From Bigelowiella natans CCMP2755 (lineage: Eukaryota > Protista > Cercozoa), in assembly GCA_000320545.1 (NCBI GenBank), contig ADNK01002097.1, positions 1 to 61,454 on the forward strand: DNA of 61,454 nucleotides, read 5' to 3'. Positions 42,341 to 56,312 of this stretch are shown here, piece by piece; positions within the stretch are counted from its first letter, which is position 1, and each line of letters opens with the position of its first letter. Below the pieces are notes generated by a model. That model was given only the letters and a program-made list of their open reading frames with translations, ran no database searches and was not told where the DNA came from. The position numbers and the translations under genes were made by a program.

Positions 42341-45300
42341 ATGGAGGAGAAACTTCGCAGATGGCGGGAGCAGCGTGAAGCTCAAAAGAAAAAAGGGGGA
42401 ACGAAAAAAAAACCAGAGATTATTACAAAGACAGCGGTTGCAGTTTCAGCACGGAGAAAAGGTTGAATGTTACGCCAAATGCTTGTCTATCCGAATATGC
42501 ATAAACTTCATGTCGTTCTATGAACACAGCGGGACCTTCCTCCACTCTTAAAGCAGCGAAGCCAGACGTTTCTTCATCGCATAGATTTAAAAAGTTGACT
42601 AGGCAGCGTAAGCCTGCATCGAGGGGTACAAAATTAAAGTATGGAGTAGCGCACATTTCAACTTCTATTGAATATTTCTAAGATTTCTTCACCTAGAATG
42701 TCGTCACGATTTCATTACATATTTCGCACCCTTATTGACTGTCCCCATTTTCATTGCGATGCAAAGGAAATGGTGTTGGATCGAAGAAGATGCCACCTTC
42801 TCAGTCATCTGGACGACGATCTGGTAGCAAAAACAACCCTCCTTTGCATCGCAAACCGCCTGTTAGAGGGACAAGCAAGATTGCAGGAGGGGGAAAGGTT
42901 CGAGAAATTAACGGGACAAACATTATGACAAGTGCTGCAAATGCTACAAGTAGTGCTGCCACTGTTACGAAACCGACTCCTAGTCAACAACATGATACAA
43001 AGAAGAAGAAGATCGATCAATCATCTTCTGTTGCTCCAGCACTAGCTGCTGTTCCTTATAGTTCTTCCGCAACGAAAAAGACGGGCAAAAACAGTAGCCT
43101 GAATTCATCATCGCTATCATCATCAATAGTGGAGAGTGATGCAAGCATTAGTATCGACGATCATCACGTAGTAGCCACTAACTCTAGTGACAATAATTCT
43201 ACAAAGGAGGACCAGAATCACTCCAACCGTTGTTCGACAAATCATTCTTTATATTCTACTACTAAAACTTCGAAAATATCTCCCACCAAAGAAGTAACGG
43301 CAGCCTCTTCCAAAGCTCCGGGTGTTACTGACGAAGAATCCAAACAGGGAAAATGTACAACTACTACTACTGCAGTAGCAGCAGCAGCACCAATAAAAGC
43401 AACTGTGCCGCAGCAGCAGCAGCAGCAAGAACTGACTACTACGGCTAATCACGCTACTATTGCTGCAGCAGCGAAAGAGAATTTAAGTCCATCACCATCA
43501 ATAAATGTGGTGGTGCCGTCTGTAGAACGGGGCAGGGGAGATAAAAATGACCAGCAGCAGGACAACTCTGGTGAAAACAGTCATCACGAAGATACTGCTG
43601 GCAAGGATATTGCTATTCAGAAGCACGGGAGAAACTCTATCGATGCTGTTATGAACCCAGTAACTCGATCCACAGCTACTATTGCCAAGAGAAGGCAAAG
43701 GAGAACATTGTCGCCTCAGACGAGTGCAGGTAATAATCAAATGCGATGGATAATTATGATGATGATTTACTACTTCTACACCCACTAAATGTATTCACTC
43801 ACTTACAATATGTTTTTGGCTACAATTTTCCAACCTCCCCTCCTTTCCTCCTTTGATAATGTTATAAGCCACCAATGCTATGCCAGCAAGAAGGACAAGC
43901 ATCTCTGCAAGTAATAAGAAGGGCTGCAGGACCAGCTTAGGAGCGGGAGAAGGATTACGTTACCAGTCTCCTCGAAAATCAGCAGCTGCAGGATTATCAA
44001 CTCGAAAACCAACATCATATGCTCGGGTAAAAATAGTAATAATAATAGGAAGTGGTGGAAACAACAACCATTTTTATTGGAAGATGATAATGCTTGGAAC
44101 CAGTACAGCTTTAAAAAGAAGCTGATTAATCGATTATATTCAAATCGATGATCGCAATTAAGAAATGAAGGATCAAATTGATAATCGTAACAAGATGTTA
44201 TTCCGCTTTGTACGTACGTTACTAGTTCTCTGAAATGGCACATCCAACAATCAGCACCATCACCTCCTCCTTCTCATCTTTGTTATCCTGCATCCATGTA
44301 GGACTCCATCTTCGAAGTCAACACTCTGTTGTCAAGGCAGATAGATGCAAAGAACCTTACGGCTATTGAGCGCTATGAGACAAGTCTTATCAACCAATGG
44401 TGTTTCATGATTGAAACAGCGAAGAAAAACTTCGGATTACAGGAGAACAGCGCCCTTGTAATTCCTATTGATTACTCTGGGATGTTATGTCCAATATTAC
44501 CTACCCTAAGAAGAAGATGATGATACGATAGTTGTTGCTGTTGTTGTTTAAGTGCTTAGAATTGCTTTTCTTTCCTCATTCTTCACCTCACCACCCCTCA
44601 ATATGACACCACAATATCACACATTCGTATCATAATATCCGCATTATCAACTACTATTAGTAGTAGTAGTCGTTAGAACATTCTATGCATTTGTTTATTT
44701 TTAAATATCACAGTGCAACAACATCATTAGTACTCTTCTTTTTAGGGTCAGATACGCAGTGTCCAACAGCAGTTGTTCTCGATGAAGGAATCTCTTCATG
44801 CTGTGGAATCAGACCTAGAGCAAAAGAGGAGACTTCTCAAGGCAAAGCAGATAATGAAAGCCTTGGTATGGGGGTAGGTAGTGTAGTAGAAGTACGATTC
44901 ATCTCGTCATGTTGATGAAGCTCTTCATTGATATCTCATTGATAACTATGCACGTCGTCATAGATGCAAGATGGAATGAAATTCGAGAAAATCACGGCCA
45001 TTTCAAAACATCATCAACAGGTTGTAGGTTTAATTAGAAAATAGCACACATACTTTATACGCTTTATTCCGAGGTGGAGGTAGCGATACGAATGTATTTT
45101 CCAGGCGGATAATATCCTATAAGTATTTGTTGAGAAGAGGCATAAGTTAATGCAAATCGAGGATTTGTTATTTAGTTTCCAAAGCAATAAATCGCTAATT
45201 CGACCCCTTATTATTATTCTTGTTTTTCAACACTAATAGATATTGCGTGCCATACACATGAAAATGCACAAAGTATCACAAAAAGCGATATCTCCGCTCA

Positions 45301-45682
45301 ATGCCAAAGATTTCACAAATTCGTTGCACAAATGCAATGAAATGCTGGAGTCGCTAAAGTTAGCTCGTAAGGATATTGCAGAAAAGGTGGTAGAGTTTTC
45401 TACAGCTTATTGTTTTAAATGATGATTCTATGACATCATAGCAAGATATGTATCGTCACCACTATCCGCATTATGAAAATTCACAAATCTTTCCTCCTCC
45501 TTAAGGCCAGTATGTCGGCTACTGTGGCAACGGGACTCGTTGAATTTGTTGTGGAAGAGCACGACACGCTGGTGACTTGCCAACGCCAACTCAAGACTCT
45601 CAAAGATCTCTCGGATCATCTTTTCAGTCTTAGAGTTGAGCGCTTGCAACGCGAGCTATTCCTCAAAGATAGAAAAAGCTAG
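42341..45682 (+). CDS. Hypothetical protein with low-complexity N-terminal half and coiled-coil C-terminus; possibly QWRF/HAUS8 (augmin)-like
   Basis: 344-aa S/T/K-rich ORF (42754-43788) plus spliced exons ...AIERYETSLINQWCFMIETAKK... and terminal ...CQRQLKTLKDLSDHLFSLRVERLQRELF...*. QWCF recalls the QWRF motif. Confidence 0.5.
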
Positions 45683-45739
45683 TAACGATTGGTAGCCAAT
45701 GAATCTGGTGGATGTCTCAACGACAAGCGAGTGGAGCGA

Positions 45740-46520
45740 TGGTAGGCATGCGCATGCCATGTCTATAAATGCATGCGTGTAACTGACATAGCCATAACTC
45801 TAGAGAGCCGTTTACTTCATTCACCATCCATGCCTATCTAGCTATGTGGACATGAATGCCTAGATGCGCCACCCATGCCAGCATGCAGACGCATCGTGCG
45901 AATCGTGCATTCATCCCTCCCTTGCATTCCGGCTCTACGCATCTACTGCACGCGTGCTATAAATTCAAGCGCATAAGCGGACACACCTCTAGACCTGGTC
46001 AAAACCCGGTCACACTTTCCGACGGCATCCGAAAAAGTGACCTGCCCATGATTTTGGTTCCTTTATTATTAATTATGCTATTATTTCCAATTTTGCACCA
46101 CCAATAAAATAACATCTGCATTGAAATCAAAATGAAGTACAATCTTTTTATTTGCATTGCCTACTTGTCAGGTGCAATCATTGCACAATCAGTTTTGATG
46201 ATTATGATGGAAACAGCTAGAGAGTCATCCACCGTCTAGATCGTGCTGTACTGCGCACTGGCGCTAGCTACGGGCGGTCTAGCTAGCTAGCAGTGCATGA
46301 CGAGACGGATGTCTAGCAGATCGATGCAATGGACAAGTCAAATTTGTCAATTGTCATCCTGATGCAGCCATGGAAGGTCGCGACTGTACGTAGCGCTCAC
46401 TGCTAGACTAGCCCAAAATTCACTTGCAAATGTTGTCCCCAATGCACGCTACAGCATGCCAGGCTAAATAATCTATGTTCGTTCATGTAAGATACGTATC
46501 GACTAGATGACATCCTGAAT
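45740..46520. mobile_element. Decayed island containing a mutated copy of the GAGACGG TIR (46302-46368)
   Basis: gagacggatgt[ctagcagatc]gatgcaatggacaag...ttgtcatcctgatgcagc aligns with the TIRs at 60253 and 61418 and the copy at 51741. Lies between convergent genes. Confidence 0.6.
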
Positions 46521-46620
46521 GTAGCAATAACTTGTGCAGCTCAACCAATCTACATTCGATCTTATCTTTTGCCTGCAAGATTAACAGAGATGATGCGTTG
46601 CTCGTTATTCAGGTGTAAAT

Positions 46621-46915
46621 CTAGATGACGGGTATATACTCGTCCATTTCCGGTTCCTTCTTGACCCTGTAAATCCTCACCATCCAATGTTCGGAGGTAA
46701 ATGCTTCCTCCAAATATCGAAATGAAATATCCTTTTTCCCTATTTCAGTATTTCGGGTTCTATCAAATCCCGTAGGACGGCCATACTGTGTCATCATGTC
46801 TCCAAATCGGTAGTAGCACATGCTATACATGAGTGAATTTGTCATAGTGGAGGTTGCAGACCGGTCCACAGTGTACCTAATGATCATATCGTAGATATAT
46901 CACTCAAGCATTACT

Positions 46916-46950
<35 letters not shown>

Positions 46951-47708
46951 CGTATCATAGTGTTTTCAGCAGCAGTTGGAACATATATCTGATTAGATAA
47001 GAATAGAGAATAAAATGATGATGTAAGTTGGTGTAACTTACATTCCCTGGGCGTTGTAGTATTCAGCTTCAACCACCTCGGGGAAAATACCACCACTGAT
47101 TCGAACCATCCAAAGAAATTTGTTTATGTCGTCGGAAGAATATCCAATTTTTCCACCAAAGACCACGAGGACGTAGTCAACATCAAGCTCCCGTATAACT
47201 TTGATCGATCTTTCTTCAGGGGAGGCCATTGCATAGCCAACTCGTGCAATGTGTGTATTGTTCCTTGTATTATTGTCTACTATGACGGTTCTATTGCCCA
47301 TTGCCGTTATTTGGTAGCCATAATCCCACCAACTCATCACACGACAATCAGGATCAGTGTTGAATTTGAGCCATTGATACGCCTCACGAAAGTCGTCAAA
47401 GACAGTTTTAGACCCGTCGCCATTCACAGCAGCCAACACAATCGAAGGCGATGAGTAAGCAATCGAGGTGACCTGATTAGCACGTACATAAGAGCGTATG
47501 TTTGTGCGGAGGAGCACTACAATAAAGATGATTTAGAGATAGTATTATTCTTCCACGTGGAACTAGATAGATATCGTTCTTTTCGTGAAACAAACCAAAC
47601 AACAATCTATCTGAATCACGAAGTTGTTCAATGTGAATAATACTAATAATAGCAATAATAATAATAATAATAATAGGTGGATCGACCTAAATATACGCCT
47701 TTATAATA

Positions 47709-47740
<32 letters not shown>

Positions 47741-49710
47741 AACTACTTGTTGTTGTTACATACCCAGGTGCAGTGGATGGTGTAGAAGTAGAAGAGAATT
47801 AACAGGGCAATTGTCACCATCATCCCAGTCAAAAATGTTACTGGCTTCTTCTCTGTTCGAATGATTTTGTTTCCGTTGATCATGCGTTGTTGTTTTCTCT
47901 TGAGCTTTTCAAGAATCTCCTTTCCTTTGTCTGACTTGGGCCCTTTTCCTCCTCCTCCTCCTCCACCGCTTTTCTTGTCGCCTGCCTTCTTACCTCTCTT
48001 GCTAGTTTTCTTCGCAAGTTCCTTTTCTTCTGCATTTGTTTCAGTTTCAGAATTATAAGGATACTAATACTACAACAACTACTACTACTACTACTACTAC
48101 TACTTTTAAACAAAGAAATGAACTAATGCAGCAGTGATTTGTTTGCGGTTAAGTGGATAATAATACCTTCCTCCTCTTCTTCTTCTTCCTGTTGTGCTGC
48201 TACACTCTTCTTCTTGCTAGCCCCTCCCCATTTAATATTGCTGTAGTTTTTCATCGTTTCAGAAGCACCAATTCCAGCCATTACACATACAACAGGAGCA
48301 AGCACCAGCACAAGCCGAACCTGTAATTAGTTAATGATGATGATGATGATGATTTATCATCGCACTCTATCAGATATATTGTTCCAAGGTAAGTGTAAGA
48401 GTAAGAGTAAGGAGAGATTATGTGGAGATAATAAATATTGATGGTGTTGTTGTTTGTTGTTGCTGCTAGTTGTTGTGTATTGTTATCAAGAAGAAGAGTT
48501 GTACCATAATCGACGAGAAATACATAGCAGTGACCGTGTAGAGAATGATGAAAATGTTCGCATCGGTAAGGTGCATAAAGCAGAAGTATAAGCCTACTGG
48601 AACAAGAGCAACCAGACACTGCATATCGAAGAAAAATGTAGTCCACGAGCTTGGCTGGTGCTCAGATACACTCTTCACGATCGCAATATTTGATGTGGAT
48701 CCCAAAAGCGCCTTGAATCTTGCAGTCAAGAACGGCACACGACCCGATAAAGCTGCCAACACCACCATCGCAAACAAGCCCACAGCTCCCAGTATTGCCA
48801 TTCTAAGTAGGTACTTAAACTGCTTTTCAGATACCATCGATTTTATCCAATAGAAATATGTGTACAACTGAAGCAATCCAAACACGCCAAATGCTCCCAT
48901 ATGCTCAGGGCTGTTGATCGACACAGGCTGAAAGCTTACGAATTGAACGTGCATGCTCAGCAAAGTACCCAGAATGTAGAAGGTACAATAAGCAACATAA
49001 AGCTTATTTGAATACCGACCACATAACATCAAAGCAATGACGTGGAGAGGAATAAGATTGATCAGGAATATGTAGCCACCCCAAGACAGGACCATGTAGA
49101 AGTAAGCAAAAGCAGCCATTGCGCCCCAAAATATAGTCCCTCGTTTTACAGCGCGTACCCAACAAGCAAAAGTAAAGATCATGGCGAATATCGCACATGC
49201 TTCATTATCATAAGATCCAGCTACGGAACGTGAAATATATCCAGGAACAATGGAGATAAATGCTGCTGCGTATAGACCAGCAGAGGAGTCCCATAATTCG
49301 GTTGTGAGAAAGAACGTAGCCAAGCTCGTCATCATTGACATGAAAGGCGCAAGCATCACGCAAACATTGCGAATCTCGACAGTAAATCTTAGAGCATGGA
49401 GAAGATGATATCCAATAGCGGCGGTAAACATGAGACCAGGGTAAACGGTACCTCCAATATACCGTCCAAGAGGCCACCATGAACGATTATCGAACCAGTT
49501 GTGGAACTCATAAAAGCCTTCACTCACGAGATACTTTGTCGAGCGGAAATTGAAGTAGGGGTCAAATTCGTGGATAACACTCTCGTACCGCAACACAGAG
49601 AAGAGGCGAGTAGAGAAAGCAAGGATACAGATGAGGAAGAGAATCAAGCCTTCAAAGACACCTAGTGCAGCTTCTGTCTTAGATATTCCCTTGCCAGCCT
49701 TCTGCTTCAT
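46621..49710 (-). CDS. STT3: Oligosaccharyltransferase catalytic subunit STT3
   Basis: [81 protein letters not shown]. Confidence 0.97.
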
Positions 49711-50265
49711 TGAGCCCGTTTGAGCCCTAATTTGTAAAAAAACGTAAGGAACAATGAGATGGAAAACGATTCAGAACGCAAACATCAATTTATCCATCTT
49801 CATTTCGCACACAGTCTCTCACCTCTTCGCGTCCATCACAGCCGTAGCACTGTCCGCAACCCTGAGATTTATGCGACTTGTTCCGGCCCCGGATTTTCGG
49901 GATTCGATAAAAATAAAATAAATTCCCTGTAATTAATGATAAATTGATGATAGATCCTTGTCGAAGAGTGAGATATTACCGGTAGGCAAGTTATCGTACG
50001 TCAGCGCAACTTCACTAGTGATCGCTTTGAGTAGCTTGCCGGCAAGCAAAGATCGCCTATAATTATGTTCCCATAACAAAGAGAGGGAAACTAATGTAAA
50101 AATATCCTGCGACAAAGAAACTGTCGCTTACCTTGTAGTATACTCTGCGCTCAATTCAGTCCTCAAAGACTTGACCAGATCTATGAGGTCGCACGTGGCG
50201 TCTGGACCACCCCACCCCCGTTCCACAGCGAAGGAGACAACGTTGGTTTGGTGGGATTAGGTGCG

Positions 50266-51591
50266 ATGTCACGGCTATTGAGGAGTACCTTCATCTTGAT
50301 ATTCTTCAGCAGCTTAATTTTACTTTCTTTGGACGTGGATTTGAACTTTTGGGAATGGACGAAAGCAACGTTGGATTTTCCAATTCATTCAGAAAACGAG
50401 TTGGATGAGACACAGAGTACTACTTCTCCAACATCTTCTCCAACATCTTCTCCAACATCGATGGAATCAGTAGCCAGTGATAGAATAGAATCCATCGTTA
50501 TCGACAAAAATCGGAAGGTTTACACGATGCACTATCCGAGAACAGTTCTATTTTTTATGTACAGAATGACAGTTATGACTCTCCACGATGGTTTTAGGGC
50601 GTTTGGATTGAAAACAGCCCACATTATGCCTCGTGTTCCACGTGATGCGAAGAAAGGCGACATTGTCATTTGGATTGGCAGTGTGTATTTCAATCACAAG
50701 CTGCTCAAAGAGCTTAAGAGATTGGGTCTTGTAACTATACTGTACCAGACTGAGCCACTGCCTATGATTATGATGAATATGACAAACCAGAACATACTTT
50801 GGGGCAATGATAAAAAGTATGATAGAAGATTAAAAACGGAAAAACATGATAACAATGGAAATGAGGATGACACAGTCGTTTTTGGTGAAACATTGGTTCT
50901 AACTTTAAAGAATTGCAAATCCTATTCAAGAAACTGGGATCCTTCCATCTACGATGAAATTTGGGATTATGGAAAATCACATACTGACGCGATAAATGCA
51001 TGCAGAAGTAAACAAAACAGTAGCATAATACCACGTGCACGGTATGTTCCATCTGGATACTTGGAGAAATGGCCGCATAGCCCCGATTTTCAGCAGGATA
51101 GATCTGACCATGTGGTGTTCTTGGGCTCTCTCAAGCATGGTCGCCAAAAATGCTGGAATGCACTCCTAAAGTCACCAGTTCTTAAGGACAGACTTAAACC
51201 AGTATACGACCTGTGGAATGAAGCAGCCTTTCAAAACTTCACTGAACATTATCCGTACAACAAAATGTTCATCTCGTTTCACAAATACTGTGAATTTCCT
51301 CGATTAAAAGAAAGCGTAGCAGCTCTTGAACCCCGTGCTGCTATAATTATGAGTACAAAGGGGTTGCTAATATCTGATAGATGCTATGCTGGCGATGAGG
51401 CCGAATGGGAAGGTCTCCTTGATTTTGTAGAGCTCGGAGAAATGGAAAAGGTCTATCTTCGTATGATGAACCTGTCTTTATCAGATCGCCAGAGATTAGT
51501 AGAGGAGCGATTCGAAAAGTTTAAAATCAAGTTCTCACCGAAAGCAATTTTGGAACGAGCACGAATTCCCTCGTGGTTAGCTAAATCATAG
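50266..51591 (+). CDS. Intronless type II membrane protein, glycosyltransferase-like (GT-B, CgeB/Glyco_trans_1_2-like)
   Basis: Single ~441-aa ORF: N-terminal TM (FILIFFSSLILLSL), TSSP-repeat stem, then YQTEP...EIWDY...VVFLGS..GR...FISFH...LEPR...LLISD. Confidence 0.6.
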   Translation: MSRLLRSTFILIFFSSLILLSLDVDLNFWEWTKATLDFPIHSENELDETQSTTSPTSSPTSSPTSMESVASDRIESIVIDKNRKVYTMHYPRTVLFFMYRMTVMTLHDGFRAFGLKTAHIMPRVPRDAKKGDIVIWIGSVYFNHKLLKELKRLGLVTILYQTEPLPMIMMNMTNQNILWGNDKKYDRRLKTEKHDNNGNEDDTVVFGETLVLTLKNCKSYSRNWDPSIYDEIWDYGKSHTDAINACRSKQNSSIIPRARYVPSGYLEKWPHSPDFQQDRSDHVVFLGSLKHGRQKCWNALLKSPVLKDRLKPVYDLWNEAAFQNFTEHYPYNKMFISFHKYCEFPRLKESVAALEPRAAIIMSTKGLLISDRCYAGDEAEWEGLLDFVELGEMEKVYLRMMNLSLSDRQRLVEERFEKFKIKFSPKAILERARIPSWLAKS

Positions 51592-51740
51592 TAGTACCAC
51601 AATAACTTGTACCTTCCATGTATTATCATTGGTTTTGCCTGCTTAGTATCCTACGAATGTGGTGAAAGCATTTTGTGCGCATAGTAGCGTGGTGTACAAA
51701 CTAATTGGATGTGTACCATTTGTACATGTTGTATGTATAT

Positions 51741-51789
51741 GAGACGATGTAATGAGTAACTCAAATTTGTTCAATTGTCATCTTAGCTG

Positions 51790-51857
<68 letters not shown>

Positions 51858-52740
51858 TGTACATGCACACATGAGACGGATGTAATGAAGTAAGTGATTA
51901 TTTCTGTTCAACATCGGCCGGCGAATGATGTTTTTCTCACTCAAATTGCATGCCGTACCTCCGTGGGACAGAGGCAATATGTAACACGACCATGCAGAGC
52001 ACGTTGCACTGTTGCGCCTCTAGCCATTGAGCACCACCCCCCCTTTTTTGAGCCAGAAACATCTGTGCTTTTGTTCTTCGCGTCCGATTACGATGTGCGA
52101 TCCGAGGGCCACGTACATGTACGTGCACGTTCGTTCCCAAATCAACAACACTAGAACACATGCACTTATTGTGCCATACGTGCATGTGCGTGCTAAAAGC
52201 ATGCTAGCATGGCACATGTGAGAGTTAGAGAGCGCAACAAAACCCGATAAGACATTATTTGCACTGCATGAAACAAGTTATTGTGGAATGCACAGATCTA
52301 GATAGATCTACGCATGTTGAAAATTGTGACATCAACAACACTATAGATCATTATGTGCTTGGAAGAACTAGAGAGACCTAGATAGTGTCAGCTGTCTAGC
52401 ACTATTAGCTTTACACAGTGTATGTATCAATTATTTTATAATTTTTATCTATAACTGCTGGGGGTGGCCAAATAAGCCGAGCTAGCTCGCGGCGTCGATT
52501 TATTTCGGCATGCTAGCGTAGCTTGCTGATCCTTCGCTCACATCTTGATCGACATACATGCCAGTTTAGTCATCACTGGATCATCCAAGCTGTGATGGTT
52601 AGCTAGATGTACGTGTGCATGCATTTGGAGTATCATCACAGAAAGCACACCCGCAGCATTGGATTTTCGATATGATTTTACCAGCTATCATCAATCACAT
52701 CCATCACGCAACGTACGCAACGCAACGCAACGCAGGCTAA
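51741..52740 (+). mobile_element. Island with two GAGACGG-TIR ends (51741 and 51873) around an (AC)n/(AT)n tract
   Basis: gagacgatgtaatgag...ttgtcatcttagctgt (51741-51790) and gagacggatgtaatgaag (51873) match the TIR at 60253/61418. Downstream sequence is CA/TG- and CTAG-rich. Confidence 0.65.
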
Positions 52741-52801
52741 TGAGAGGTCAGTTGATGTATTATGTGGACGAATATGTAATGCAGGCACGGGTAATCATTA
52801 A

Positions 52802-53827
52802 TTAGCGAGTACTCTCCTCGTTCATACTTTTCTCCGTTGCTACTGCGAAGGTATTCTTCATATGATCGCATATTCCCTTTTGCAAAATCATTTTTGAAAA
52901 GAGAAAACAAGAATGAAGTTAGCTGTAGCAGGTGGAGCTTGATTGAAAATAGCCCACAAAACCATACGGTAACTCAATAAAAAGAGAAGAAATTGGAAGA
53001 GAAGAAATGAGGAAAACTGTTAGTTTCATGACATCAATACCATGAGAACATCAAGCGAGTCTGCGAGGACCTGCCTGCAATCGACTCTTTCCTTTCCTAT
53101 AAGTTAATAAAAACAAAACAATCTTCATTAATCATCAAATGGGATACGAATAGCGATAATATTTTCTGAATAATTTTCTGAATATTGTAGAAGATCATCT
53201 GATATCAAGCAGGAACATCATTAAAGCAGCAAGCACCATCGTTTTTCTTTTGTTTTCACCACCTCTGATGACAGTTTGTATCCTTAAGTGAACCTGCAGC
53301 GCCACCCATACATATGTTATTACAACAACTCTCACAGAAAAAATGAATGATCTCATTCCCATCTTAATCTTAGTCCTACATAGAGAATAAGAATTGTTCA
53401 CCTTCTCATCTGAAGGATGATGTATGCTATACCCACAAAATTCCACATCCTTATGCTTAGAGACGACATATCTGATCATGGATTTTGATCAAATGATAAA
53501 AAGAACGAACTTATGTGAATAACTCAAACGAAAAATCGTAGTGGATGTAAACCACTTCTTCATACCGCAAAGCATTGCCCATTGTATGGCCCTCCTTATG
53601 GATCAAGAAGGTCGAGCAAGTCTCATCCTTGCTTTCCGCCTAACAATGTTGGCGAGTTCATGTTTGGTATACAATCGGTAGAAGTCTTATCCCAAGGAAA
53701 TTAGGAATAATGAAGGTTTTAGAAGAGAATAAGGACAAGATCTCTGCCTGCGGTGCTGCCGTGCCAAATGTCCAATACACTCCGTGAAACCATTATCATG
53801 GGGTTCAAACATAGATACTTCACTCAT
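52802..53827 (-). CDS. POLR1D: RNA polymerase I/III shared subunit RPAC2 (AC19); start uncertain
   Basis: TCSTFLIHKEGHTMGNALR/YVVSKHKDVEFCGYSIHHPSDEK/VHLRIQT...ICDHMKNTF. Confidence 0.88.
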
Positions 53828-54275
53828 CTCAAATGTTACTTCTTCAACTATTGCTGCTACTGCTGTGTTTTTACTGCTGCGGTACCATGGAAAGCTGTGG
53901 GGAGTCATTCCCTGCCATGGCAACTGGGTCCAGTTAGGAAATTATGACTTTTAGTATGAGAATGCCTATTTTGGACCTTTTTTCATGCGAAAATTAACTG
54001 AAAACAAATCCAACAATGATTACTTAGATATCCAATGAAAGCACCACACGCAAAGTGGTAACTATTTGGTCAATTATACATGCCGATTTTATCGTAAAGA
54101 CAACCTTTGACACATGGATGAAGAACTAACTCTCTCCTCTCTCTGTGTGTGTGTGCGTGTGTGTGTGTGTGTGTGTGTGCGTGTTCTTCCGTTCGCCACT
54201 GAAAGAGCACCATGACAGCTCTTTACTGGTAATGATAGAGTGGGATTCTCTGTCGTTATGTAGTACCATGTTTTA

Positions 54276-54923
54276 ATGGACGATTTATATAGCGTGTTTC
54301 CTCCGCTTCTTGAAATGGCATTGTCATCTAATAGGTTGGTGGGAGCGTCGTTGTTTAAGGCGCTTCTGTGGCGGGTTTACAAATCAACTGACTTTGATGT
54401 GCACCGTAATTGGCTTGCTATCACCCACTCCTTGCCTATGTCAGAGGTAGTAGCAACTCCTTTTCTGTTATTATTCACACAGTTGACTACTATCTCGGAG
54501 AATGCTATCGACATCATCGTATTCCTCCTATTCAAACAATTTACCACCGAGGAGAATATCGTTGTCGTATTCCTCCTACTATTTCATCTATCCTGCTATT
54601 ATCACCAACCACCCTTTTTTTTCTCTTCTTCTTCTTCTTCCGCCTCCTCCTCCTCCTCCTCCACCTCCTCCTCCTAGTTTCTTCTTCTTTCTCTTTCTTC
54701 ACACGTGCTAATTAAACTGTGGCTTTTACTCCTACCCCCTCCTCCTCCCCCCCCTTTCCTACCCGCTCCACATATATTTTTCGTCGACGTCACCATCGCG
54801 TGGAAAATCATCATCATCACAATCATCATCATCATCATCATCATCATCGTTATTCAGTGGTACTATGACTCAACGAGTGAATGGACTCTCGATTATCCCC
54901 CATTCTTTGCTTATTTCGAGGTA

Positions 54924-54978
<55 letters not shown>

Positions 54979-55106
54979 GCAATAATTAACCCACATTGTA
55001 TTATCATCATCCTGTTAGCATCACCATCCTCATCGTCATCATTTGGCGATGAATAATGCGCAGTAATTTAGGCAGACTTAAATTATACCCCCCGACCCAC
55101 GCACAC

Positions 55107-55184
<78 letters not shown>

Positions 55185-56281
55185 GCTTAGTGGCTCTTAT
55201 CTCAAATAGCACAGTTCATAGACCCAAATATGCTAAAGGTGCAGTAGGAAGTAGTAGTATAAAGCAGTAGTAATACCATTGTGTGAAATGCTAAGCTCAA
55301 TATCCAATGAGTATTCACTTTTGTCGTTCTAAATGCTGGTTCTGCCGTCTAGTATCGGAGTAGAAAGTCATCCCATTCTACTATCAATAATTGCGTAATA
55401 TACTAGTAGCAAGTGTGTTCTTACCAGACATTACAACATGCCCGCATGGTGTGCGCCGAAGAATTCTTATATGGTGTACAAGTTATGTGCTTTCTCTAAA
55501 AACTGCTATTATATGTAATCCTCCTTCGATTTGGTACTTACTACTACTACTACTACTACTACTACAACTACTACTACTATGGCTAATATATCATTAAATA
55601 ACAGGTTCAGCAGGAAGCATTTGAGTCATCAGGATGCTTGTTCTTTCAAAGAGTCTCTGTTATTGTGGCGGATACGGTATTATAAACGGAATGGAGCTGC
55701 ACAACAATAACAACATAGATGATGATGACAGATCTAACTGACAACATGGACATTATCTACTAATTTGACGAGCTCACTCTCTCTCTATCACAACAACATG
55801 CTAGTATACATCACTCTATTATAACAACAACAACAACAACAACAACAAAATACTGTAAAATATGTTTCTTCCTTGTCTGCTGCTATGATCGCCAAATTAT
55901 CTAGGTGCTATTTGCTAGTGTATTGTTCTTCGTACGTACGACAACGATGGGTAGAAGGAGAAGAGGAGGAGGAGGTGGTGGTGGTAGGAAACATGCTACT
56001 ACTACTAGTACTAGTACTAGTAGTACTAGTAGTGGTACTACAGACGAAGCATTAGATCGACAATATCGGTTACATCTTGCCCTAGTTCTTGTCTTTCTGA
56101 ACACAGGTGCTGCTTGCAAAGAGAGACGTTGTATATACACATACGCATAGTAGTAGTAACAAGTAGAGGGAGACTTCAGCATAGTAGAAGGATGATAGTG
56201 TTCTTGGGTTTGTTATTACTTGCTGTTGTTTATAATGATGATGATGATGATGATGATGAGATGGTGATTCATAGTAGTATT

Positions 56282-56312
<31 letters not shown>

